A DNA stretch of 64,000 bases, taken from the NCBI GenBank assembly GCA_024278175.1, contig JAJRTS010000085.1:59844-123843 (forward strand), given 5' to 3'. The translations under genes were made by a program, and so were the position numbers. Below the pieces are notes generated by a model, which worked only from the letters and a program-made list of their open reading frames with translations, was not told the DNA's origin and made no database searches. Positions within the stretch are counted from its first letter, which is position 1. Every line of letters begins with the position of its first letter. The DNA is from Gemmatimonadales bacterium (GTDB lineage Bacteria; Gemmatimonadota; Glassbacteria; GWA2-58-10). Of the stretch, positions 9,816 to 19,523 are shown one piece after another.

Positions 9816-11213
9816 ATGAGAGAATCCATCATAAACATAGCGTATCTGGTCGCATCTATCCTGTTTATCTTCGGACTCAAGGGCCTGGCCCATCCCCGCA
9901 CCGCCGTCAGGGGCAACCTGATTGGCGCGGTGGGCATGCTGATTGCGGTCCTGGTAACGATGATCGACCAGAGTATTATCAGTTTCGAGATGATTATTAT
10001 CGGTATTGTGGTCGGATCGGCAATCGGCGCGATCATGGCGATCAAAATCCCGATGACCGGTATGCCGCAGCTGGTTGCCATTTTCAACGGCTTCGGCGGT
10101 GGCGCAAGTCTGTTCGTGGCTGGCGCGGCGCTACTGGAGGCCAATATCACAGGCAGCGCCACCGGCACACAGATGACTGTTGCCACCGCGATCAGCGGTA
10201 TTATCGGCGCGGTCACGTTCTGGGGCTCCCTGGTGGCTTTCTGCAAGCTCCAGGAAGTAGTTGTCAGCGGTAACCCGGTGCAGTTCCCGGGTCAGCACGT
10301 GCTGAATATCCTGGTCCTGCTGGCCGCCATCGGCCTTGGAGCGTGGATAGTTGTCGACCCCTCGGCTGTTTCCACCTACTGGTACATGGTGGCGGTGGCC
10401 AGCCTGCTGGGCATACTGCTGGTGATCCCGATCGGCGGGGCGGACATGCCCGTGGTGGTGGCCCTGCTCAACAGCTACTCCGGTCTGGCCGCGGCGGCCA
10501 CCGGTTTCGTGCTGAACAACAACGGCCTGATTATCGCCGGTTCGCTGGTGGGAGCCAGCGGGCTGATTCTGACCACTATCATGTGCAAGGCGATGAACCG
10601 CTCGCTGGCCAACGTGATGTTCGCCGGGGTGGGCGGCGAGGTTGTGGGCGGAGCGCAGAAGGGCGCGGAAATCTACGAGGGCAAGATCAAGTCCACCAGC
10701 GCCGAAGAGCTGGCGATGGTGCTCGAGGGCGCCCAGCGGGTGATGATCGTGCCGGGTTACGGCATGGCTGTCGCCCAGGCCCAGCACCCCGTACGCGATC
10801 TTTATAACCTGCTTGAAGAACGAGGGATTAAAGTGGAGTTCGCGGTCCACCCGGTGGCGGGACGGATGCCCGGCCACATGAACGTGCTGCTGGCCGAGGC
10901 GGACATCCCCTATGACAAGCTGCTGGAGATGGAACAGGCCAACTCCGAGATGGGCGACGTGGACGTGAGTATCGTGCTGGGGGCCAACGACGTGGTCAAC
11001 CCGGTGGCGCGCACGGACCCCACCAGCCCGATCGCCGGCATGCCGATTATCGACGTGGACAAGTCGAAAACCGTGGTGGTGATCAAGCGCTCGCTCAGCC
11101 CCGGTTTCGCCGGGATTCCCAACCCGCTTTTTGCCGCGGACAACACGCTGATGTATTTCGGCGACGGGAAAAAGGCGATTGTCGATCTGAACGCGGCGAT
11201 CAAGGAAGGCTGA
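9816..11213 (+). CDS. pntB: NAD(P) transhydrogenase subunit beta
   Basis: 'IGGADMPVV', 'NSYSG', 'CKAMNRS', 'PGYGMAVAQAQ', 'HPVAGRMPGHMNVLLAEA', 'GANDVVNP'. Confidence 0.97.
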   Translation: MRESIINIAYLVASILFIFGLKGLAHPRTAVRGNLIGAVGMLIAVLVTMIDQSIISFEMIIIGIVVGSAIGAIMAIKIPMTGMPQLVAIFNGFGGGASLFVAGAALLEANITGSATGTQMTVATAISGIIGAVTFWGSLVAFCKLQEVVVSGNPVQFPGQHVLNILVLLAAIGLGAWIVVDPSAVSTYWYMVAVASLLGILLVIPIGGADMPVVVALLNSYSGLAAAATGFVLNNNGLIIAGSLVGASGLILTTIMCKAMNRSLANVMFAGVGGEVVGGAQKGAEIYEGKIKSTSAEELAMVLEGAQRVMIVPGYGMAVAQAQHPVRDLYNLLEERGIKVEFAVHPVAGRMPGHMNVLLAEADIPYDKLLEMEQANSEMGDVDVSIVLGANDVVNPVARTDPTSPIAGMPIIDVDKSKTVVVIKRSLSPGFAGIPNPLFAADNTLMYFGDGKKAIVDLNAAIKEG

Positions 11214-11243
11214 GCAGCCGGCAGCAAAGTAAGAAAATTTGTG

Positions 11244-11278
11244 AAAGCCCGCTGGCCTGATGGTCAGCGGGCTTTTTT
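11244..11278. terminator. intrinsic (probably bidirectional) terminator between pntB and hpt
   Basis: aaagcccgctgg...tcagcgggctttttt stem-loop between convergent genes. Confidence 0.8.
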
Positions 11279-11280
11279 AT

Positions 11281-11838
11281 TCACGTCCGGTTCAGCACCA
11301 GAATCTCGTCCAGTTCCCGGTAGCGCTCCCCCGCCCCCAGGCCGTAACCCACCAGAAACTCATCGCCCCGGTAGTGGAACCCGTGGAAATCCGGCGTGAA
11401 CCCAGCGCCGTCGCGCCGGATCAGCGCGCAACTGAGCAGCAGGGCCGGCGCGAAATCCCGCTTCAGGCACCCGGAAACCGCGCTGAACGTGGTTCCGCTG
11501 TCGCAGATGTCATCGACCAGAACCACCGGGCGCGAATCGATCAGGCTCCGCTCGGGCCGATAGAGGTAAAACTCCACCTTCCCGCTGGAGGAGAGTTCCT
11601 CGCCGTATGACGAAACCCCTACAAAGTCGTAATTAACCTTTCCCGGCAACGCGCGGATCAGGTCGCAGCCGAAGCGTGCTCCGCCCTTGAGCAGGATCAG
11701 CAAGGTCGGCGCCTCGCCGCCGAGGCGCGCGGCGATCCTGCTCGCCAGCTCACGCACCGCCCCGTTTACCGCTTCCGCGCTGTAAAGGACCCGGCCCGGC
11801 GCGCAGCCACTGTTTTTGCCCTGCCCGCTGAGCCCCAT
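11281..11838 (-). CDS. hpt: hypoxanthine phosphoribosyltransferase family
   Basis: 'LLKGG', 'VSSYG...SSG', PRPP loop 'VLVDDICDSGTT', 'FLVGYGL...YREL'; ATG at 11838 follows the upstream stop. Confidence 0.85.
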   Translation of the reverse strand: MGLSGQGKNSGCAPGRVLYSAEAVNGAVRELASRIAARLGGEAPTLLILLKGGARFGCDLIRALPGKVNYDFVGVSSYGEELSSSGKVEFYLYRPERSLIDSRPVVLVDDICDSGTTFSAVSGCLKRDFAPALLLSCALIRRDGAGFTPDFHGFHYRGDEFLVGYGLGAGERYRELDEILVLNRT

Positions 11839-11839
11839 G

Positions 11840-12700
11840 CTATTGCTCCGGTCCCACGTATTCGGTGCTGATGACCAGGTCGTCCACCCAGTAAGTGCAG
11901 TCGTGCTCGCTGTAATGGATATAGAGCCCAAACTTGAACGTGTTGAGCATCAGGATCTCGCTGTCGCGCCAGCGGAAGCCTTGCTCGTGGATGATCTTCC
12001 GCCCGTCCACCCACAGCGCCTGCTCACCGTCGCGCTCCCCCGGTTCGTTCAACTTGACCATCATCTCGAAACAGTACCAGCGACCGCGCTCGATAAAGAA
12101 AGGCGGCTCGGCGTAAAAACGGTTACCCCAGTACTTACCGTCACCGGCCTGCTTCATCTCCGGCCAGTACGAGTATAAACACATCCGGCCCGGTGGCTCG
12201 TGGCCCTTGGTGAACGCCGGTTCGATACTGGTACCGAACCTGTCAGTACCGTTGGGGCGAATCCCCGCCTTGCCGAAACCGGAGCGGGGATTGTCCGTGC
12301 GATGGCCGCCCAGACCACACCAGTGCATCCCTTTGCCCTGCCGGAAGTCCTTGTCGAACCGGGCATACCAGCGCACGTACACCCGGTCGTAGCCGGGCAG
12401 GAACCAGGTCCTGATCCAACTATCCGATTCCCGGTACTGGTAGCCGTTGATCTCGTATGCCTCTCCCTCCGGAGTCGGTGAGGTGAGGCGGAAAGAGGCT
12501 TTGCCCGAGCGCACAAACCCGGCGTGCGTCTCGAATCCCGCGTGAACGGAATCATCGTGAAGGATTTCCCAGCTTTCCCCCAGGTCCATGTCCTCGAAAT
12601 CCTCACTGAATATCACCTCGGCCCTCAGGCCGGTAAACACCGCCAGGCATAGCGCCAGAATTATCATGATGGTTCCGCGATTAGAAACAACTGGCATCAT
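11840..12700 (-). CDS. secreted beta-sandwich (ConA/polysaccharide-lyase-like) protein
   Basis: Signal peptide, 'IFSEDFE', 'YVRWYARF', 'RGRWYCFEMMVKLN...DGEQALWVDG', 'WVDDLVIS..YVGP'. Confidence 0.6.
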   Translation of the reverse strand: MMPVVSNRGTIMIILALCLAVFTGLRAEVIFSEDFEDMDLGESWEILHDDSVHAGFETHAGFVRSGKASFRLTSPTPEGEAYEINGYQYRESDSWIRTWFLPGYDRVYVRWYARFDKDFRQGKGMHWCGLGGHRTDNPRSGFGKAGIRPNGTDRFGTSIEPAFTKGHEPPGRMCLYSYWPEMKQAGDGKYWGNRFYAEPPFFIERGRWYCFEMMVKLNEPGERDGEQALWVDGRKIIHEQGFRWRDSEILMLNTFKFGLYIHYSEHDCTYWVDDLVISTEYVGPEQ

Positions 12701-12880
12701 TATAAACCTCCCGCCGATAGGTTTTTGCTGCCACGCGGGGTTGAACGTTCACCCAACAGCAAGCTGCAATCTAACATCGCCAACACAGGATATGCAACCT
12801 GGCGCTCACTGAAGGCGGGCTTAAACGATTTTACCGCCGGCTCAACCCGCTCCATTTTGACGCTGTCACCGTTTTCTCCC

Positions 12881-12929
12881 TTGACAGGCCGGGCATAATT
12901 GAGTATCACATTTGTGATTTTTGTCACAT
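12881..12929 (+). promoter_or_regulatory. rex promoter with Rex-type operator palindrome
   Basis: TTGACA(12881)-17 nt-TATCAC, immediately followed by TTGTGA-TTTTTG-TCACAT (12912-12929). Confidence 0.7.
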
Positions 12930-12958
12930 AGTTATGATTTTCACCCTGGAGGCCCCGC

Positions 12959-13606
12959 ATGCCCTCGATTTCCGGCAAAACTATCGGCAGACTATGTGTC
13001 TATCGCCGCCAACTCCAACGTCTCAGGGACGAGGGCAAATCCAACGTCTATTCACACCAGCTGGCGGCCCTGACCGGCGGAAGCGCGGCGCAGGTCAGGC
13101 GGGACCTGATGGCGATCGGCTACAGGGGCACACCCTACCACGGCTACCGGATCGACGAGCTCTCCGGGAGCATCGCCAGCTTCCTGGACGATCCCGACGG
13201 GCAAGAGGTCGCCCTGGTCGGGCTGGGCAACCTGGGCCGGGCGATACTGGCTTACTTTGACGGGTGGCGGCCGCATCTGACTATCACCGCCGCGTTCGAT
13301 GTTGATCCCGGCAAGGTGGACAGGGTGATCCACGGCTGCAAGTGCTACGCTATCGCCAAACTGGAAAGTATCACTCGCCGGCGCAAAATCGCTGTCGGCG
13401 TAATCTGCGTTCCGGCCCGCGAGGCCCAGACCGTGGCGGAAAAACTGGCCGGCGGCGGGGTCAAGGCTATCGTCAATTTCGCCCCCCGGCGCCTGCACCT
13501 CCCGGACGACATCTATGTAGAAGATATTGACGTGACCACGGCCCTTGAAAAGGCGGCGTTTTTCGCCCTTGAACACAAACGGCAACCTGATTCAAAAGCT
13601 AAGTGA
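12959..13606 (+). CDS. rex: redox-sensing transcriptional repressor Rex
   Basis: 'TIGRLCVYRRQL', 'AQVRRDL..IG..G....GY', NADH-binding 'VGLGNLGRA', 'IVNFAP'. Confidence 0.95.
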   Translation: MPSISGKTIGRLCVYRRQLQRLRDEGKSNVYSHQLAALTGGSAAQVRRDLMAIGYRGTPYHGYRIDELSGSIASFLDDPDGQEVALVGLGNLGRAILAYFDGWRPHLTITAAFDVDPGKVDRVIHGCKCYAIAKLESITRRRKIAVGVICVPAREAQTVAEKLAGGGVKAIVNFAPRRLHLPDDIYVEDIDVTTALEKAAFFALEHKRQPDSKAK

Positions 13607-13848
13607 ATGAGCTAGCGCCCATCCTTCAAAAAGTCCAACGCATACAGGGCCAACTGCAGAATATGCGGAAAGTTGGGGAAGTGCTATCTTGATAGATTCC
13701 AAAGGACTACTTGACATAACATGCATTTCGGTATTATGAAAAGAACGAATGGTTTCGCTCAAAATCAAAAAAGAAGACTCTCGTTTCCTATTTCAATTTT
13801 GAAATGGTTAATGTCGGATGAATAAAGAAATAGTGAAGGAGGTCAATC

Positions 13849-14292
13849 ATGGAGTTGTCAACTTTTGTGATTACAATTATTGCCGGTTTAGTGATTGCCC
13901 TAATACTTAGGTTATGCAGTTATGCTCGCAATAAGTTCTTAGAGCGTAGGCATAAAAAACGAGTTTACAAATGGCTGAACGAGAATACGAGCAATAAGGT
14001 TAGTAATAGGCTTCGCTCGACCAAGGACATCGCCAGTGGGATTAATCTAACAGAAGATCGTGAACGGTACATATGTACCGTTCACAGGAAAATCTATCTT
14101 TCTACGAGAGGCGTGGCGGTGGGCGGGCCACAAATCCCCGGCTTTATATTTAAGGGTACATGGGCGGAAAATTTTATACCTTTCAAAACACAGGTGGGAT
14201 TGATTATACAGAGGTGCTCTCGTGGTAGGTTACTATGTCATTTTAGCATTGTTTTTTGCCTTTCTGATTATATCGCTGCCCAAATTGTTTAA
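13849..14292 (+). CDS. AT-rich hypothetical membrane-anchored protein, C-terminus possibly chimeric
   Basis: Strong RBS AAGGAGG, N-terminal TM helix; last ~60 codons look non-native and overlap the next ORF. Confidence 0.5.
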   Translation: MELSTFVITIIAGLVIALILRLCSYARNKFLERRHKKRVYKWLNENTSNKVSNRLRSTKDIASGINLTEDRERYICTVHRKIYLSTRGVAVGGPQIPGFIFKGTWAENFIPFKTQVGLIIQRCSRGRLLCHFSIVFCLSDYIAAQIV

Positions 14293-14776
14293 AAGGTTAT
14301 TTAGTTCAATTCCACCTCGGTTGAGTCAAAATAGCGCACATGCTGATAAAATCCGCAATCGCACCAGAACTATCCTTCCATGGTATGACGGCACTCTGGA
14401 GTCGGAAATCTGTCATTACAAATATCCATGGGACGACCCCATAAAAAAAATTCATTGTGAAGCGGATTGTAAAATCGAAGGATATTATAAATTGAGAGAT
14501 AAATACCCGGAGGCCTTAGGCAAGGCTATTGAAGCCTGCAAAGAACAAATATCGGTTTCTAAAAAAATGGCTGAAAAGTATCGAGCCGAAGGAGGTGTAG
14601 ACAAGAATGGTAATCTTACGGTAGAACACTATGGTTTCAAGCAATTAGCGATAATATATGAAAAGCAGGGAAACTATGAAAAGGCAATAGAGGTTTTGCA
14701 GGAGGCCATGCAGCAAGGTTGGGCTGGCCCTTGGCAGTTTAGAATTGATCGCTGTAAAAGGAAAAAGTCTGATTAG
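14222..14776 (+). CDS. AT-rich membrane-anchored TPR-containing protein
   Basis: N-terminal TM, C-terminal TPR-like 'GFKQLAIIYEKQGNYEKAIEVLQEA'. Confidence 0.65.
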   Translation: MVGYYVILALFFAFLIISLPKLFKRLFSSIPPRLSQNSAHADKIRNRTRTILPWYDGTLESEICHYKYPWDDPIKKIHCEADCKIEGYYKLRDKYPEALGKAIEACKEQISVSKKMAEKYRAEGGVDKNGNLTVEHYGFKQLAIIYEKQGNYEKAIEVLQEAMQQGWAGPWQFRIDRCKRKKSD

Positions 14777-14894
14777 AGACTTTTCGCCGCAGGAATGAAA
14801 CTAGTGGGGAGAGACCGCCCGGTTGCCGGGCGTTTGGAATCAAACGTAAAAACGCCGCACGTCCCTTGAAATAGCGGATATACGGCGCTTTAGC

Positions 14895-14970
14895 TGGAGC
14901 CACCACGCGGACTCGAACCGCGGACCTATTCATTACGAATGAATTGCTCTACCAACTGAGCTATGGTGGC
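14895..14970 (-). tRNA. tRNA-Thr(CGT)
   Basis: Reverse complement GCCACCATAGCTCAGTTGGTAGAGCA...TT-CGT-AA...GGTTCGAGTCC...GGTGGCTCCA, 76 nt. Confidence 0.97.
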
Positions 14971-15200
14971 GTTTTTGCTCTTTTTAGCGATTATTTTGGA
15001 AGTGCCTAAAATATTAAGATATTCGCCGTTAGTCAAGTTCGCCGCGGCATATTTTTTCGCCCTCCCCCCGGCAACGCTTGAACTTATCTGCCGGGGCAAG
15101 CATATTGTTATCAGTTCGACCGCCATTATTTTAAAACGACCATATCCACAAGCATTTTACACTCTTTATTGAAGAGTTTCGAGAGGAAAAGCTGCAAAAG

Positions 15201-16199
15201 ATGCAAAAAATCAGGCTCGGCATCATCGGTACCGGCATCATCGTCAGCGAGGCCCATGCTCCGGCGCTTAAGCGGCTGACAGAGCGCTTCGAGGTCACCG
15301 CGCTCTGCAACCGTACACCGGCCAAGGCGGAAGCGCTGGCCAAAGACCTCAGAGTTGACAGCAATAATATATGGCGGGACTGGCGAAAATTCCTGGCCGA
15401 GGCTCCGGTGGACGCCGTGCTGCTGGCTCTGCCGATCGAGCTGAACTACCCCGTGAGCCGGGCCGCCGTCGAGGCGGGCAAGCACGTCCTGTGCGAGAAA
15501 CCCGTGGGCCAGAGCATGGAGGAAGCGCGGGGAGCCGCAGGTCTTGCGGCGGAGTTCGGAGTGACGTTCATGGTGGCCGAGGATATCGAGTTCGTTCCAC
15601 GGTTCGCCCGCGCCGCCGAGCTTGTGCACCGCGGAGAGATCGGCAAACCGACCCTGATCCAGTGGAACGTGTTTAATTTCATGGCGATGAGCAACAAGTA
15701 CGCCCAGACCCGCTGGCGCACCGAACACGTGTTTCCCGGCGGCTACGTGCTCGATGGCGGCGTGCATTTCGTCCACGTGCTGCAGATGCTGGCCGGGCGG
15801 ATCAGCGCGGTAAAAGCGGAAACGAGGACTATCGACTCCCGGCTGGGTAAGGTCGACAGCGCGTTCGCGCTGCTCACCCACGAGAACGGTGTGCTGAGCA
15901 GCCTGAACATGAGCTGGCAGACCCGGGCACCCCAGCCCACGCCGCTGCTGGTGTTCGGAGAAAGGGCGAGCCTGACGGTTTTCGAGGAAAAAATCCTCCG
16001 CACGGACAACGAGAGCGAGGCTGTGCGGGTGATCGCCTTGGAAGACGAGGACGACTACTACCTGCAGTTTGTCGAATTCCACGGGGCAGTTACCGGCAAC
16101 CGGCCCCCCTCGGTAAGCACCGAGGCCTGCGGCCACGACGTGGAAGTTATCCTGGCTATCCTGGAAGCGGCCCGGCGCGGGGGCATTGTCAGCTTGTGA
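15201..16199 (+). CDS. Gfo/Idh/MocA family oxidoreductase
   Basis: 'LGIIGTG', 'GKHVLCEKP', 'GGYVLDGGVH'. Confidence 0.9.
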   Translation: MQKIRLGIIGTGIIVSEAHAPALKRLTERFEVTALCNRTPAKAEALAKDLRVDSNNIWRDWRKFLAEAPVDAVLLALPIELNYPVSRAAVEAGKHVLCEKPVGQSMEEARGAAGLAAEFGVTFMVAEDIEFVPRFARAAELVHRGEIGKPTLIQWNVFNFMAMSNKYAQTRWRTEHVFPGGYVLDGGVHFVHVLQMLAGRISAVKAETRTIDSRLGKVDSAFALLTHENGVLSSLNMSWQTRAPQPTPLLVFGERASLTVFEEKILRTDNESEAVRVIALEDEDDYYLQFVEFHGAVTGNRPPSVSTEACGHDVEVILAILEAARRGGIVSL

Positions 16200-16387
16200 T
16201 ATTTAAAGTACCGAATCAAACCCGGTTGCGGCAGGCAAGTAAAACCTGCCGGAGACGAGCAGGCCGCTTGGTGGAAAAAACCGGCCTGCTTTTGCTGGCT
16301 GATCCGGAAATAGCCGGATCGCCTATGGGATTGCTCTTCCAATCTCTTAGCTGGGCACCTTAGCGGCACCCACCACCGCCGCCTCCC

Positions 16388-16966
16388 CTACCGCTGCTCT
16401 GGCTCCTGCTTGTCCGGCTCTTTTTCGTCCGGAACGATCGTGCCCTCATCCCGGGCTTCCCCGGCGGTTTGTACGGAGACGTCTGCATCGTTCATCTTAA
16501 CGCCTGGCGGCGTTACCGGCGGCGGGGCGGCCGCATGGCTGCCAGGATAATCCGCTACCGCCGGGGGAGCCTCACCCGCTGCGAAAGGCGAGCCATCCTG
16601 CGGTCCTACGCCCGCGCCGGACGGCCCAGCCGCGCCTTGGCCTGCCTGCCGCTCCTCCAACGGAGCCGGCATCAGCAACCACAACAACACATAGAGGATC
16701 GGCCCGAACATGTAGAAAATAATGCTGATGACGAAAAACACCCTCAGCCAGAGGATCAGCATCGGCGCATCCAACTGGTGGGCGATCCCCGTGCAGACAC
16801 CGGCGATCTTTTTTCCTTCGGCCACCCTGTGCCAGTAGCCATGTGGAGGCCCAAGCCCCCCCGGGCGATCCCCGGCAAGCATGCTGCCGCAATAGCGGCA
16901 TTTAACCGCTTCCGCCCTGATCATCTCAGCACAGTACGGGCATTTTTTCATTTCATTGGCGTCCAT
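16388..16966 (-). CDS. zinc-ribbon + PspC domain membrane protein
   Basis: 'KKCPYCAEMI...KCRYCG', PspC 'KKIAGVCTGIA...LYVLLWLLMP', low-complexity tail. Confidence 0.85.
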   Translation of the reverse strand: MDANEMKKCPYCAEMIRAEAVKCRYCGSMLAGDRPGGLGPPHGYWHRVAEGKKIAGVCTGIAHQLDAPMLILWLRVFFVISIIFYMFGPILYVLLWLLMPAPLEERQAGQGAAGPSGAGVGPQDGSPFAAGEAPPAVADYPGSHAAAPPPVTPPGVKMNDADVSVQTAGEARDEGTIVPDEKEPDKQEPEQR

Positions 16967-17042
16967 TTGATCAATCTCCCGCTGTTTGTTTTTATACAAT
17001 AACCTGCATTCATTTCAAACCAACCCGGCAACACGCCCGCTC

Positions 17043-17459
17043 TCAGCGGACCACGGGCGCCTGAATCCGGCAACGCTGGGCCAGGAACACCTTGCCCACG
17101 GCGGTCATCACCATCCCGATCACCAGAGCCGCGCCCGCCACCGAGATCCCGATCAGGCTATGGGCCAGGTACACGTCCGCCCAACCGGGCAGCAACAGCC
17201 CCAGCACCGTGCCCACCGTAGCTGCGTAAAACAGGTTACAGCAAACCAGCAGCGCCAGCATCAGCACGCTCACGATCAGCCCCAGCGGACATTCGGCCTT
17301 GCGCACTACCGGGGCACCGGCGTACAGTGCCTCCCGGTGCGCGGCCAGCTCACGGTGCATTATCGTGCGCGTGCGCTCCAGCAGGTCCCCGCCCGGAGGA
17401 CTCACCCGGTATCCATCCAGCAGCTTGCCCAGCAGCTCGTCGTTGATCCTGTCCATCAT
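17043..17459 (-). CDS. putative membrane anti-sigma factor
   Basis: Short soluble N-terminus plus hydrophobic helices; its ATG overlaps the distal TGA of the ECF sigma frame. Confidence 0.6.
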   Translation of the reverse strand: MMDRINDELLGKLLDGYRVSPPGGDLLERTRTIMHRELAAHREALYAGAPVVRKAECPLGLIVSVLMLALLVCCNLFYAATVGTVLGLLLPGWADVYLAHSLIGISVAGAALVIGMVMTAVGKVFLAQRCRIQAPVVR

Positions 17460-18040
17460 TCCACCTCCTCGGCCATCCCGGCCATGCCGGTTGCTTCTAT
17501 TTTGCCCTTCAATAATTTCATCCCTCTGAAAATCCTGCTCTTGACCGTCCCGGACGGCAACCCTGTAACCTCCGCTATTTCCACGTCCGTTTTCTAGTGA
17601 TAGAACCGCATCACGATCACTTCTTTCATTTTAACCGGCAGGCTGTCCACGAGTTTCTTCATCCTGTGCGCCTGCAGAATTTTTGCCGCGTCCGCGTCCG
17701 CGTCCTGTGACAAGTCTCTCACCTTGTCAAGCTCCACAAACTCGCGCCGCGAGGCGGAGCGGGCGATATTGCGGCACAGGTTAAGCGCAATCTGAAACAT
17801 CCAGCTCGAAAATTTACAGTCACCCCGGAAACCGTCAATATTGCGCACGATCCGCACCCATGTGTCCTGGAACACGTCCTCGGCGGTTGACTGCTCACCC
17901 ACCATCCGCATGATAAACGCATGCAGCGGCCTGCAGTAGCGATTGAACAACTCGTCCGCGGCAGCGGGATCGCCTTGCCTCAGGCCCTCCACCAAAGCGC
18001 TCTCGTCACTGCCGAACCGACTGTCCACGCGCTTTTCCAT
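17456..18040 (-). pseudogene. ECF sigma-70 factor interrupted by an in-frame TAG at 17594-17596
   Basis: Region 2 'AEDVFQDTW...FSSWMFQIALNLCRN'; frame continues after TAG into region 4 'EIAEVTGLPSGTVKSRIFRG' and ends at TGA 17456. Confidence 0.85.
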
Positions 18041-18304
18041 TGTATTCCATAAGATCATTATTGCGCTACCGGCGCTCCCGTCGTTGGCGTTCTCAACAGG
18101 TAGGACGCAGCCAGCCCGTTCCACGGTTCACTTTTTTCCAGCTTGAACCTGCCGTCCGCAAACCAGTATACAAATGCAGGGCCGCGCGCACAATCACTAC
18201 GGAAGGGCGATTGTCTTTGCCAACCGGAGCAATTATAATAACTCTGGACACGGCCTCCCGGCCCGTTTGCATACCATTTCAACTCAAATCAGCAGGGGTG
18301 CCCG

Positions 18305-19480
18305 ATGCAAATCAGTACAACCCGCTTCCTGATTCTGGCCACGGCGATAATCCTTGCATCCTCACTCACGGCACGCGCGGCGGAGCTGTTCGACCTGCCC
18401 GACGCAGTACATTCGCGCTGGATCTCGTTCGAGAATCCGAGCGGGGCCAAGGGGCAGGGCGGCCGGGAAAACGAGGGCCGCAAGGGCGCGCCCAGTCGGG
18501 TGATCAAGGCCGGTGAGCTTGTGCGCATCGCCGAGATTGAGGGTCCGGGAGTGATCCGTAGAATCTGGATGACCGTGCGGGCGGAACCGCAAATCCTGCG
18601 GGGGATGGTGATCAGGATCTACTGGGACGGCCAGCTGACACCTTCGGTCGAGGCTCCCCTGCAGGACTTTTTCGGAGTTCCGTTCGCCCGCCAGGTGCGG
18701 TTCGAGTCGGCGCTGTTCTCCAACCCGGAGGGGCGCTCGCTTAACTGCTTCATTCCGATGCCGTTTAAGGGCAAGGCCGTGGTGGAGGTGGAGAACCAGT
18801 CGCCGGTCGACTGCAACAGCCTCTTTTTCGACATCAACTACACTATCGGCGACAAGCTACCGGAGGACCTGCCCTATTTCCACGCCTACTGGAGCCGCCG
18901 GAACCCCACAGTGCCCAGGCAGGATTTCGAAATTCTGCCCCGCGTAACGGGCCGCGGGCGGTTCCTGGGCTGTAACGTGGGCATTCGCGCACTGGGTGAC
19001 TACCGAGCCGCGTGGTTCGGCGAGGGGGAGCTGAAAATCTACCTCGACGGCGACCGGGAACATCCCACCCTAGTCGGCACCGGCACGGAGGACCTGGTGG
19101 GCAGCGCCTGGGGCCTGGGACGGTTCGACCATCTTTACCAGGGTTGCCTGCTGGGGGATACCAAAAATGGACTCTGGGGGTTCTACCGCTACCACATCCC
19201 CGACCCGGTCTATTTTTACAGCGATATCCGGGTCACCCTGCAACAGATGTCCGGGGCGATGGCGGAGCGGATCAAGGAAAAAATCAAGCCGGAGAACTAC
19301 CCGGAACTGGTTGTGGGGCACGTCCGTTTCGATCCGGAAATCCACGAGGGCTGGCAGAATTTCGAGGCCCCGCAGGATCTCTGCGCCACCGCCTACTGGT
19401 ACCAGAGTCTGCCCTCGCCGGCCCTGGGACCGCTCCAGGGCTACGAGCAGAGAATGAAAGACCTGCTACTGGATGAATAA
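18305..19480 (+). CDS. secreted DUF2961 / GH172-like glycoside hydrolase
   Basis: Signal peptide, 'SFENPSG.KG.GG', 'GPGVIRRIWMT', 'PSVEAPL.DFFG', 'WFGEGE', 'GTGTED', 'YRYHIPDPVYF'. Confidence 0.85.
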   Translation: MQISTTRFLILATAIILASSLTARAAELFDLPDAVHSRWISFENPSGAKGQGGRENEGRKGAPSRVIKAGELVRIAEIEGPGVIRRIWMTVRAEPQILRGMVIRIYWDGQLTPSVEAPLQDFFGVPFARQVRFESALFSNPEGRSLNCFIPMPFKGKAVVEVENQSPVDCNSLFFDINYTIGDKLPEDLPYFHAYWSRRNPTVPRQDFEILPRVTGRGRFLGCNVGIRALGDYRAAWFGEGELKIYLDGDREHPTLVGTGTEDLVGSAWGLGRFDHLYQGCLLGDTKNGLWGFYRYHIPDPVYFYSDIRVTLQQMSGAMAERIKEKIKPENYPELVVGHVRFDPEIHEGWQNFEAPQDLCATAYWYQSLPSPALGPLQGYEQRMKDLLLDE

Positions 19481-19523
19481 ATTTTTCAGGCATTAGCAAA
19501 CGGAATGCCCCACCAATAGGTTG

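Noticed and set aside
13607..13640. att direct repeat of the tRNA-Thr 3' end, or integron attC sites in the islet
   Set aside because: No convincing duplication of tggagccacc and no attC-like structure found
18090..18135. Autoregulatory ECF promoter (GAAC...CGTC, minus strand)
   Set aside because: Motifs are short and the spacing is ambiguous; plausible but not supportable
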